From: the human T2T-CHM13v2.0 reference genome, Homo sapiens
NCBI RefSeq assembly: GCF_009914755.1
Contig: NC_060930.1
Length of the DNA: 64,000 bases
Direction: 5' to 3' (one strand)
The position numbers were made by a program, and so were the translations under genes. Every line of letters begins with the position of its first letter. The first letter of the stretch is position 1. Shown piece by piece: positions 14,430 through 29,176 of the stretch. Under the pieces are notes generated by a model. That model ran no database searches. It was not told the origin of the DNA and saw only the letters and a list, made by a program, of their open reading frames with translations.

Positions 14430-14776
14430 CCTGCGGTGCACATGTTTGTGTCCCTCAAAATTCGTATGTTGACACACCAAGCCATCATAGGATGGTATTA
14501 GGAGGTGGCGCCTTCAGGAGGTAATTAGGTCATGAGGGTGGATCGCTATGATGGGATGAGCATCCTTATAAGAAGAGGAAGAGAGCAAGCTCTCTGCTTT
14601 CCACCACATGAGGATACAGTGAGAGACAGCCATCTGCAACTGGGAAAAGAGTCGCCACCAAAACCTGGCTATGCTGACACTTGACCTCAGACTTCCAGCC
14701 TCCAGAAATGTGAGGAATAAATTTTTGTTGTTTATAAGCCACTCATTTGTTACAGCAGCCCAAGTGGACTAAGACG
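14430..14776 (+). mobile_element. MaLR solo LTR (MST/MLT1A-like)
   Basis: tgtttgtgtccctcaaaattcgtatgttg...ggtattaggaggtgg...gacttccagcctccagaaatgtgaggaataaatttttgttgtttataagccac...gactaagac. Confidence 0.8.
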
Positions 14777-15135
14777 GGGCCCCATCAGATCCTCTGCCTT
14801 GCAAAGCAAGAAGACCACTAGAATCATTTTCACGAAGCCTGCTGACATCCCAGTTCTGGAAGCTTGGAGCCCCTGAGTGACTACAGTGTCTGCACATTCC
14901 TGAAAGTCCCACTTGAGCCCCATCTTCTGAAAGGCCCTCACCATACACATTCCCAGCCAGGATCACCCTGTAGTTCTGTAGTCTCCAGATCCAGCCTGGG
15001 CCGGCAGGGTTGCTGCCAAAGCCCCAGCATCCAGCTGCAGGGAAAGGAAGGAGAAAGTGGGGGCCCTGCAGAGGAGGGGGCAGTCCGGGGTGCAGGCGCA
15101 GGGTTGCAGGAGGGAGGCCTTTTCATGGCTTTCTA

Positions 15136-15622
<487 letters not shown>

Positions 15623-16216
15623 TCAATGATCAAAACTTCTACCTGACAAAACTAGAAAAAGAAAAGCAAATAATCCCCCAAATAAGCAGAAAACAAACAT
15701 TGAAGAACAGAGCAGAAATCAATGAAATAGAAAACAGACTAACAATAAATCAAATGAATGAAACTAAAAGCTTATTCTCTGAGAAAAATCGATAAAATGT
15801 ATAAACTGCTAGTCAATCCAAAATTACTTGTAAAAACATTTATAATAGCATCAAACACTATTAAATAGGAATAAATCTGAAAAAAGATGTGTAAGACTGG
15901 GTACACTGGAAAAGTAAAATATATTGCTGAGCGGAATTAAGTAAGAAATGGAAAGATATACTGTGGTTTATTAATAAAAAAATCAATATTGTGAAAATGT
16001 CAATTCTCTCCAGAATTGATCTATATCAGTGCAATCCCAGTCAGAATCCAGCAGGATTTTACGTGGAAGTCAATAAGCTGATTCTAAAATTTATGTGGCG
16101 AGAAAAAGGACCTAGAAGAGCCAAAAGACTCTGAAAAAGAAGAAGTTTGGAAGACTTATACTACCTGATTTATAAAGCTACAGTAATCAAGACAGACAAA
16201 TAGATTTGCAGAATAG

Positions 16217-16945
<729 letters not shown>

Positions 16946-17384
16946 TGATCAATTTATTTTTAACAAAGGTGACAAGATGATTTAATGGAGCAAGATCATA
17001 TTTTCAACAAATGGTCCTAGCACAATTGGCTATCCATCTGCAAAAAAAAAAAAAAAAAAAAAGAGAGAGAGAACCATACTTTGCACCATACGCAAAAATT
17101 AACTTAAAATGGATCATAGGCCTAAGTGCAAAATCTAAAACTATAAAACTTCCAGAAGAAACAAAGAAGAAAAATATTTGTGACTTTGGGTTTGCTACGT
17201 ATTTCTTAGATGGAACAACAAAAGCACAGATCTTTTTAAAAAATTGATGGATTCAACTTTATCAAAATTAAGAACTTCTATTCTCCAAAAGACACTGTTA
17301 AGAGAATGAAAAAACAAGTCACAGTCTGGTATAACATATTTGAAAGTTATTTTATAACTTTCTGATTATAAAAATAGAGCCACC

Positions 17385-18557
17385 CTGGTGTGACTCTGTC
17401 CTGTGCAGCTGTTCTCTCCAGCAGTGGTCGTTTATCTCCATCTGCCTTCTCTCCCACCTAAGTGCGTGGCACCACCTGATGGAAGATTTGATGGACATGG
17501 ACATGAGCCCACTGAGGTCCCAGAACTATCTTTTCAGTTGTGAACTAAAGGCCAACAAAGATGATCATTTTAAGGCGGATAATGATGAAGATGAGACCAG
17601 TTATCTTTAAGAACAGTCAGTTAAGGGGCTGGAGCAAAGGATGAATTGCACATTGTTGAAGCAGAGGCCATGAATTACAAAGGCAGTCCAATTAAAGTCA
17701 CACTGGCAACTTTGAAAATGTCTGCACAACCAATGGTTTCCCTTGGGGGCTTTGAAATAACACCACTAGTGGCCTTATGGTTGAAGTGTGGTTCAGGGCC
17801 AGTGCATGCTAGTGGACAGCACTTAGTAGCTGTGGAGGAAGATGCAGAGTCAGAAGGTGAAGAGGAGGAGGATGTGAAACTCTTAAGTACATCTGGAAAG
17901 CAGTCTGCCCCTGGAAGTGGTAGCAAGATTCCACAGAAAAGAAGTAAAACTTGCTGCTGATGAAGATGATGATGATGATGATGAAGAAGATGATTTTGAT
18001 GATGAGGAAACTGAAGAAGCGCCAGTGAAGAAATCTATACAAGACACTCCAGCCAGAAATGCACAAAAGTCAGATCAGAATGGAAAAGTCTCAAAACCAT
18101 CATCAACACCAAGATCAAAAGGACAAGAATCCTTTAAAAAACAGGAAAAGACTCCTAAAACACCCAAAGGACCTCGTTCTGTAGAAGACATTAAAACAAA
18201 AATGCAAGCAAGTATAGAAAAAGCACATGGAACAGTCCTGGGCACTACTGGTAAATTAAGCCCAAAGATGGGGAGACAGGAAAAGGAGAGACAAATATAG
18301 TCCATACTGAGTGTCACCAACAATCCAGACTGAAGTCTTCTATTTTAATCTCAATCCCCTTTTTGGATTTGCCACCATGGCTCTTCAGGCTGGAAACAAT
18401 TTGGTTCCCAAAAGCACTTTCTCTGACTGCTGTGATTCAGTGAAACTTGCCCTTTGCTTTCTATTACTTGTGCATTTGCCTCACCTCTGGCCATGTTTTA
18501 AATCACCTTTGTATCTCCTTAACTGCTCAAAAAAATATTATTTGAATGAATTTTTTT
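17385..18557 (+). pseudogene. NPM1P51: Processed pseudogene of nucleophosmin (NPM1), B23.2-type 3' end
   Basis: Intronless; NPM1-like 5'UTR; ATG at 17479 ([19 protein letters not shown]...). Fragments [25 protein letters not shown] and [20 protein letters not shown]...[10 protein letters not shown] are in different frames. Frameshifts near 17596 and 17940, in-frame TAA near 17622. TSD (A)n-AGAGCCACC at 17376-17384 and 18563-18571. The pseudogene number is from memory; NPM1 origin is certain. Confidence 0.93.
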
Positions 18558-18562
18558 AAAAA

Positions 18563-18832
18563 AGAGCCACCTTGGGCCTATTGAAGGTAGCCAGTCTAAG
18601 AGGTCAAGACAAACTCTCAAGGACTCCAGAGTGGAAAGAAGAAAACTATCTACTCCTTATGACATCTTCACCACTGAATTAACCAACCCTGGAACCACAC
18701 TATCTCTGAACATCCTGTTATAGAATCATTCTTAAGCACTTTAGTTGGGTTTTCTATTATTTTTAGCTGGAAACGTATTGACTGATGTACTTCCTTCCCT
18801 TAGCATTAGTTTCTCTGCGAGAAAAATGGAGG
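18563..18832 (+). repeat. Direct duplicate of 12311-12580
   Basis: Manual alignment gives about 30 differences in about 270 nt; shared exact core ctccagagtggaaagaagaaaactatctactccttatgaca. Confidence 0.92.
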
Positions 18833-19176
18833 AGCTCTCTGAACTCCTTACCAGGAAAGTGGTAAAGGATTTGATATCTGATAAAAGATTTGTATCTAGA
18901 ATGCATTAGGAACTCTCAAAACTCAATAAAGAAAACAAGCAACCCAACAAAACTGGCAAAAGATTTGGACACTTCCCCGAAGAAAAAATACAGATGGCAA
19001 ATAAACATACGAAAAGATGTTCGACATCATTAGTTATTAGGGAAATTAAAATTAAACCCACCATGAGATATCACTATATATCTATTAGAATGGCCAAAAT
19101 TAAAAACTGACCACACCAAATATTATTGAGGCTGTGGAAGAATTGGAATTCTCATATATTGTTAGTGGGAATGTAA

Positions 19177-19512
<336 letters not shown>

Positions 19513-20194
19513 ACAATTTCTTAAAAAGTTGAACATACACCCACCTCATGACCCAGCCATTCTACTCCTAGGTATTTACTGAAGAGAAATGAAAGCACTT
19601 GTCCCTACAAATATTTGTAGACAAATGTTCATAGCAGTGTTATTCACAATAGTCAAACTTCTAAACAACCCAATGTCTTTAAATTTGAATGAATAAACAA
19701 ATTCTGGTATATCCATACAATGGAATATTACTCAGCCATTAAAAGGGAAAGAAATACTGATACATGCAACAACATGAATGTGTCTCAGTTATGCATCTCA
19801 TTAGATTCACAGACAAAACTAATTATGCCTACTAAAGGAAGCCAGAGAAAAATAGGTGCGTTCTCTATGATTCCAGTTTTGTGAAATTCTAAACAGTACA
19901 AACTAATCTATCGCACAGAAAGCACATCAGTAGTTGCCTGGGGTTGGAGGTGGGATAGGGAGAAACACAAGGGAGGGATCACAAAGGATCATAAGGAACC
20001 CTTTGGGGGTAATGGATGTGTTCACTATCTTGACTGTGGTGATAGCTTCATGGGTGGATACATACATCAAATCTTATCAAATTGTACACTTAAATATGTG
20101 CAATAAATGGCTTTATATCTCAATAAAGCCATTTTATTTTTTATGAAGTAGACTTTTTTCTTTCTTTCTTTCTGTACATAGCATGTTTTTAGTT

Positions 20195-21262
<1,068 letters not shown>

Positions 21263-23025
21263 GGAATGATTTCACAGAGGAGAACTGAGGCAGAGCAATT
21301 TAATGGAAAGGTACAATATGGAATAGCGTGTGAGCACTCAAGGTCGGACTATCTGCCCCAGCTCCGATTGTGTTGGACGTTGTAAATGACACCATGATGG
21401 ACATCCTTGAACATAAAACCTTCAAGCACATCTTGGATCATTTCTTTAGGGTAAATTCCTATATTTAACTTGACCTCTTAGTACCTCAGTTTTCTCATCT
21501 GTAAAATGGGATTAACAATGATGCCAATGTCAGTGGGCTGTGGAATTTAATAAAGCTGTCTGTGCCTGTGTATGTGTGTTACCTAGAACAGTTTCCCACA
21601 CCTAGTAATTCCATGTTACCAAAAGCTGGATGAATTCGAGGGAGACAAAAACACAGATGTCCCCATATCCCTGTGGTGTTGGCTGATGGTTTCCAGCTAG
21701 ATTGCCAGCTCCTGGAGCTGAGCGACCAGGAAGGGCACACAGCCCAGTGGAAGCCTGAGGAGAGACAGGTGGCGGGAGGCGGTGTTAACAGAGGCAAAAG
21801 AGAGCTCAGAGCACCCAGCTTGTCTTCTGGGCAAAGCGTCTGAAACAGAGAAAATTCAATTGTTGTGATCATGTATTTTTCCCCCAAATTTCATGCTGGT
21901 AGAACTACTGGCCAGTAATTACCTAGCAAATTAGAGAATCTACCAGGTCCCCAATTAGGTACCCAAGGACATAATTGGTCCCTAATTAGAAAAAGTTGCC
22001 AAATGGGAACAATTATCTCTGTTCTCCATTTCATTTCCTCCCTCCTCGAGCCAAATCTCTCTGCTTCCCTCCCCCAGTGGGTCTTCCTGCTACCCCTTTG
22101 GGGTTGGGGGATGGGAGGAGGGAGACGAAGGCTCGTGCCAGTCACACCAGCAGTGCCCACCTTGGAGATGGTGCTGGGGGCCTCTCCTTTGCATTCCCAG
22201 GAGCCCCAGGCACTCCCCACGTTGCTTCCTAAGGGGCTGTTTACTAAACTGTAGGCAAGGGTTAGTCTTATTCATCTGTCTGTTTCCTGATCTAGGTCAG
22301 GGCCTGGCATTAAGAAAATGCTTAGAAATGATTGTTGAAGTGCAAGGACGGCTCTGGGTCAGAGTGACGGTGCTGAGTGCCTCCTTCCATTCAGAGAGTA
22401 GGGGGCTTACTGCACAACCCTCACTGACCACACGCTGCCATGGCCCAGCAATGCCATCCCGCCAACACCTGGCAGGAGGTCAAGCAGGAGGCATAATCTC
22501 TACCAGCCTTCTTCATCCTTTGTTCTGAAGTTGGAAACATCCCTCTGAGAGGAGGGAATCAAGAAAAGTTTCATGGAGCAGCTGGTGTTTGGTTTGGGAA
22601 ATTTGGAGTTCAGAGGAAAATCCAACAGAAGCAGTTGCAGAAGGTCAGAGATAGGCACTCTGGACAGGAGAGGAGCCTTGTCCAGCTGAATGATTGGGGG
22701 AACTCAGAGAAGTAGCCAACAGCCAGGCTGGGGATGCGACACAGGGACCACCAAGGATTGTGGGTTTCCTCGCGGAAGCACCAGGGAACTGTCCAGGTCA
22801 GAACTTCCTGGAAGGTGGAGCCAATTTGTGCTCATAATACCATCAAGAGTAAAAAGATGAAAGGCAGAGGAAGCAGGCATGAGGCGGCTGCAGCGGGTTG
22901 AACAGACACTAGAGAAAAGAGGCCGTCAGGGCAGCGATGGCCCCAAGCAACTCTGATTAGATGGCAAGGGCAGAGTGGGGGTTAGTAGAAGATCAAACCA
23001 AAAGCCTCATCTTTTCTCTTAGTCA

Positions 23026-23436
<411 letters not shown>

Positions 23437-26400
23437 TTACCCAAAAGCAGATGTAGAGAACCGGGTGCAGTGGCTTAAGAGGGCCTTCCACAAGAGCGCC
23501 ACAGGGTAGCATCCCTCTGGAGTGGGCAAGCCCTGGTGGTAGAAGAGAGCCTTGTAGGGCCCCAAAGTCGTCATGACCAGGGCCAGTCGGGTGGGGCTGG
23601 GGGCAGCAAGTCACTGATCCCAGAACTGGGAGGGGCACAAAAGGAAGTGGGGCCCCCTCCCCACCCACTGTCCCCTCTTCCATCTGCCTCCCGCTCCCCC
23701 ACCTTCCATTCCAGAAGCTTCCAGCAGGAGGGCATTTCAGGCTTCTCTGAAGAGGGGACTAATTAAACCTTAATTGACACAGCACTAATTAACTTCTTAA
23801 TTACACGGAACCACATGATTAGCCACGCAGCAGACACTAATTGTTCATTAGGAGGCAGCCCCCTCTGTCCCCCACCCCTTTCCTAGGACCTACCAGCTAA
23901 GGTACCTGAGGGGCGCAGAGTTGGCAACCCCACCACCCAGCCCAGTGCCTGAGCCCAGCCTGCTCCAGAGCCTCAGCTGGAATAGCACTCACCGCCCTGG
24001 CCTGAAGCTAGCTGCCCTTCCATAATCGTGACACAAATGATCACTGAGCGCCTTGGATCCTGGCCTTTGCAGCCCTCCTCCTTCAAACCCCTGGCCCAGA
24101 TGAGGAGTAAAGCAGGTGTTCCAGAGCGCTGAGTTTCTTCCTCCCTGGGGTGAGGGGAGCCCAGGACAGGCCCAGCTCAGAGAGTGAGAGGGAACCAGCC
24201 TTCTCGAAAGGCCCGCCTCACACCAGTCGCCTCCCACAGCTGAGAATATTGAACCTCCCGATGCCCAACGGAACAGGCGTCTTCCACGTTGAGGAGACCG
24301 GCTCCACAAAATTGAGAAATATACCCAGGAGGTTCACACTGCGAGTGAGGGGTGGAGCCAGGTCCAAGCAGGCCTTCTCCAAAGCCAAGCTGCTCTCCCC
24401 TGGCCCGGCAGCCTCCTGCAGAATTTCCCGGGTCCCACAGCGTTGGAAACTGGGACCTGGGCTGGGAAGGGGACTTGCCCCTTCCATGGAGCCATCTGCC
24501 CCCCAGCAACACAGCTTAACTTCTCTGCAGAGCCAGGAGAAGGGAGGGCCCCCAGGGAACAGGAGCAGGCTGCCTGGGCTCAAATTTCAGCTCTTTCCTT
24601 CCTAGCAGTGTGGCGTTGGGCGAGTTACTCAACCCCTCTGTGCCTCAGTTTCCTCCTCTGTACAATGGAGACAAGGATAGTACCCTCTCCATAGGCTTGT
24701 TGTGGGGATTGGATGAGCAAATGCATGAAAAGTACTCAGAGCAGTGCCTTCTTTGCCAAGCAGGTGCTCCACGAGGGCGGCTGTCACTGTGATCTGGAAT
24801 GGAGGTTGTTCATACCTCCAAGCCTGTCTGCAGATTTGAGTCCCCCCACCCTACTCTCCCACCCTCAGATTTCCTCTCCTCTGTCTAGCCTTGGGGGCCA
24901 CTCCCAACAGCTCCACCTTCCTTGTGTCTAGGATGTCACCTCCGGCTCCTGAGACTGCTCCCACCTCTCTATACACCTCCGCACCCAGCCTGTTCTGCTT
25001 CCCCAAGGTGGCCCAGCCCTAGCCATTACATGTGTGTACACAGACGCCCCAGCCCATCCCACCAGGCGGGATGGACAGAAAGGCTACAGACACCTCATAG
25101 ACCAGTGATCACTCATCTTGCTGCTCCCAAGACAGTCCCAGTTGTCATGTGTTGCCCTGGTGTGATCTTTAATAATGTCCCCTTCCACTTTCAGAGTCTC
25201 CTGATCTGGACAATAAATGCTGTGATCCCTCCTTGGGTAACACCCCCACCCCAGCATGGGCCAAGTGCTTTGCTGGATGTGATTCACACCAACCCCAGAG
25301 ACACCCCAGCCTGGGAGGCTGCCTTGTTGTCCCCACCTGACCAAAGAGGAAAAAACAAAGGCACAGAGATAAGGGTGGAGGACTTCCCCAAGCCCCGACA
25401 CTAGGAAGGGGAGGAGGTGGGATGCCAACCCATGTCCCGGGCCTCGGAAGCCATGGCCCTTCCCCTCCTTCCCCACCTAGCCCCCCACCTTCTCTATGCC
25501 AGCAAGATAAAAGGGTGGGTGTGTGGGTGAGGAGGGCTAGAGGTTATTTGTGGGGTTGGGGGACAGGAGGCTATTTGTGGGGAGCTGTTTGCTGAATGTC
25601 AAGAACTGCACTACAAATAGGAACAGCCCATGAAAAACACTGAGGGGAAAAAATCTATGATCTCTTCAAGGGGTGGTGAATGAGCTTGTCAGGCCCTGCA
25701 CAGTTTAATGGACATGAGGCAACAGGGATATTAAGGCCGGTTTGAGGGGAGCCTCAGTGTCCTGGCCCACAGCTTATTCCTCATGTAGGCATCTCCAGGA
25801 ACCAGCCCTGGGGTGCAGCGGTGCTGGCTTCAGGGTGGAGTGGGCAGAGATTTGCTCACTGACCCCTCACCAACTCCTCCATGCTTCTCACCTGTCCAGG
25901 TCCCTTTCCAGGGATCCAGGCCTGGTCTCCAGGGCCTAAGCGGGAGCACCCACCTCTTCCCGAACTGGGTCAGGCCCTGGCTCTTGGTGGGGGAGGGGGC
26001 AAGGGAGGTGAATCAGATGCCCAGCTCTGGCCCCTGCCCTGAGCATGCTGTGGGCAGTGCCAGCCACTCCCACCCCCCACAGGTCCCTGTTGTCACTGCA
26101 AGAGACACAGCAATTAGGTCAGCCCCCACTCCAGATGCTCACCCCCTTCTCATTAACTGGAAACTATGACAGTGTAGCAAGGAAGGCCCTCTGGGTGTGT
26201 TTCCCATCTGTTGCTCTATTTCCAACACAAGCTGCACATCCCGCCTGGAATTCCTGTGCCTCTTCTCCTTCTCTTATCTAGGCCCTTGTTGTCCTTGGAC
26301 GAGTTACCGAGTCTCTCTGCACCTTTTCCTCCTCATCTCTAACATGGACATAACCATGGTCACCTCCCAGGGTTCGCAGAAGGCTCACTGGGATAATTCA

Positions 26401-26929
26401 TATAAAGCACGTAGCACAGGGCCTGACACAGAGCAGGAACTCAGCAAACGAAACTACAGTCTTTCAAGGCTCAGCCCTAATCCCTCTTCCTACAGGAGGC
26501 CCTCCTTGACTGCCCCAGCCGTATATGAGTGTTCCCTCCTCTGCCTTCCACTGCCTGCTCCTTGGTGCTTGCCACACCCCGAGGTATGTTCCTTTGTTGT
26601 AGTTGTACACCTTATCACAACACTCACTGGGGCTTACTACGTGCCAGGCACTAAGTGCTTTACATCTGTCAACTCATTTAATCTGACAGCATCCCTTGAG
26701 GCAGATGCACTCTTATTATCCCCATTTAACAGAGGAAGACAATGAGGCACAGAGAGGTTAAGTAATTTGCCTGAGGTCACACAGCAAATAAAGTGATGCA
26801 GAGCCCAGGCGGTCAAACGCCAAAGTCTATACTTTTAACCTCTACCATAATCATAGAATTGATACATACTTTTCGGGGGGAGGAGGAAGGGATGTAGTAT
26901 ATACACATGACAAGTACCCATGGGCTTTG

Positions 26930-28035
26930 TGGGGTTTCCAGTTTCACTGGCAGGTACGCTTAGGGTACTGCACAGGTGCTGTGATGTGTATTCACAGCAT
27001 GTGTACAGTGTGTGTGCAGAGATGTGTCTAAATACAATGTTGTATGTACAGAGAGCTTAGACGCCACTTGGACAGTGCATGCACACTCATACAATGCATA
27101 TACGTGCACCCAGTGTGTGATTCTGCCGGGGGTTTGTAGGAGGGCACGTCACAGTCCTTTGTGTGGCTGTCATTCTGCCTTAACAACAGTTAAGTGCTGG
27201 GGAGGGAAGTGGAGTAGTGTTTATTTCCCCTTCTTTAGAGATTGAGATGCCGAAGCCTGGAGAGGCTATATGCCTAGTTCCCCATGTAGGAATCTAGGCT
27301 TCCTTCTCCATGATATCCTGCTCACCATGTGTGAGGGGTGCAAACACCATGTGACACAAGTGCACATCTGTGTGTACACACCAAGCACACCTTGCATATG
27401 TGTGTCAGCAACGCGTAGGTATTTGAACAATGCCTTTGTATGCGTCTTTGGGTGCACAGAGGATCTACGTGATCTGTGGGTGATGACTGTGCACATGTGC
27501 ATGCATGCGTGTGTTTGTGCAGTGAGAGGTGTATATGCATGCATACATAGGAGGAAATATGGGGGCTGGAAAGGTTGCAAAGTAAAAACAGCTGGATTCC
27601 AGTCCTGTCTCTGTCACTGCCTAGCTGTGTGATCTTATACAAGTTGCTAAATCTCCCAAGACTCAGTTTCTGTGTCATAAAATGAGAATAACACCTATTT
27701 CAGAAGAGTTGGGAGTAGAGTTGGCAGACATAGAGCTCATAGAGCACAGTAGGCGCTCCACGTGTGTGTGCTCTTTGAGAATGTATTTGTGTGCACGTGC
27801 ATGTGTGTGTGCTGTGCAGGCTGTGTATATGGAGCAGTGTGTATCTGCAGAGTGTAGAAGTGTATGGGGGAGCATAACGGGTGAGTGTGCATGTGTGTGT
27901 GTGTCTATGCGTGTGCTTTGTGCATACCGGGGGAGTGCCCAGGCTGTGGAGTTATGTGTGGAGTGGGGGTGGGGGTGCACAATGGTCTGACTGTGGCATG
28001 TGTGACTATGTGTTTTGCATGCCATGTGTGCATGG
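26930..28035. repeat. Degenerate TG/CATG-rich low-complexity tract with embedded MIR fragments
   Basis: Dense tgtgtg, gtgcat and atgcat words over about 1 kb; MIR-like text at about 27590-27760. Confidence 0.7.
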
Positions 28036-28899
28036 GGCAAGGGGGCTGTGCCCAGGCCCCTCATTCTAGGTGAGGCTGAAGTCGAGGGGCCTGGCTGGGT
28101 GGAAGTGGGTATCTCTGGCTGTCAGTCCCGTGCTGGGTGGGGGGTGCCCCCGCCAGTGGTGATTGAGCCCCCACTCTCCCACCAGGCCTGCCAAAATACA
28201 GCAAGACAGGGTGTAATTACCGGCACTTACCGCGGCCATTACCCCCCTCGCTGCGGCGCGTGACACACGACCCGTCAGCTCCGCGTTTGCACCATTAAGG
28301 GGCCTCATTAGCATCCCGGCTCAGAAGCAAAATTACCCTCACTGCTCATTTCAAGATGTCATCAATTTTAATTTAGGGCCCAAAGATAGTACAATGGAAA
28401 AGCCCTCCCCGGCCCGCCGCACATGGAGAGAGAGGAGAGGGTGGGGGAGGAGGCTGCTGCGGGGGAGTCAGGGTGGAGGGGATGTTGCATGAAGGGAGAA
28501 GAGGGACAGAGGCAGGGAGTGGGGAAAGATGGGGCTGAGCCATGAGGGGAGGAAAATGTTGATATTCCCCCCAAAAAAATGTCCCCAGGGTAGGGCCTTT
28601 GCTGGCACCCCCTTGAGAGGAAAGAGGAATTTCGGGCACAATAGAAGGCATGGCCCTGACCCACCCACCCTCTCGAGGGCCATGTACAGTCTAAGATATC
28701 TGGAGCCACATCATGTGCTAAATGCAGGGCCGACTTCTTCCCTTCAGTCGTTCCTTTAATTCCTACAACATCCTTAGGAGGTAGACATTGCAATCTCCCA
28801 TTACAGATAGGGAAACTGAGGCACAGGGAGGCTCCATCACATGGCAAGTCATGGCAGAGCCAACGTTTAAATGCAATCTGGGCCCAGCGTGCAATACAC

Positions 28900-29176
28900 C
28901 AGCTAACGCCTGGAATCCCAACATTTTGGGAGGTTGAGGCAGGAGGATGGCTTGAGCCCATAAATTCGAGACCACCTGGGCAACATAGTGAAACCTAATC
29001 TCTACAAAAAATACAAAAACTAGCCAGGTGTGGTGGTGTGTGTCTGTAGTCCCAGCTACTCAGAAGGCTGAGGCAGGAGGATCCCTTGAGCCCAGGAATT
29101 TGAGGTTGCAATGAGGTATGATCACTCCACTTCTCTCCAGCCAGGGCAACAGGGCGAGACCCTGCCTCAAAAACAA
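28900..29176 (+). mobile_element. Alu SINE (AluJ-like)
   Basis: aacgcctggaatcccaacattttgggagg...ttgagcccaggaatttgaggttgca. Confidence 0.9.

Noticed and set aside
17646-18300. Two NPM1-like ORFs as a functional gene
   Set aside because: Frameshifts, a premature stop, no introns and a TSD mark it as a retropseudogene.
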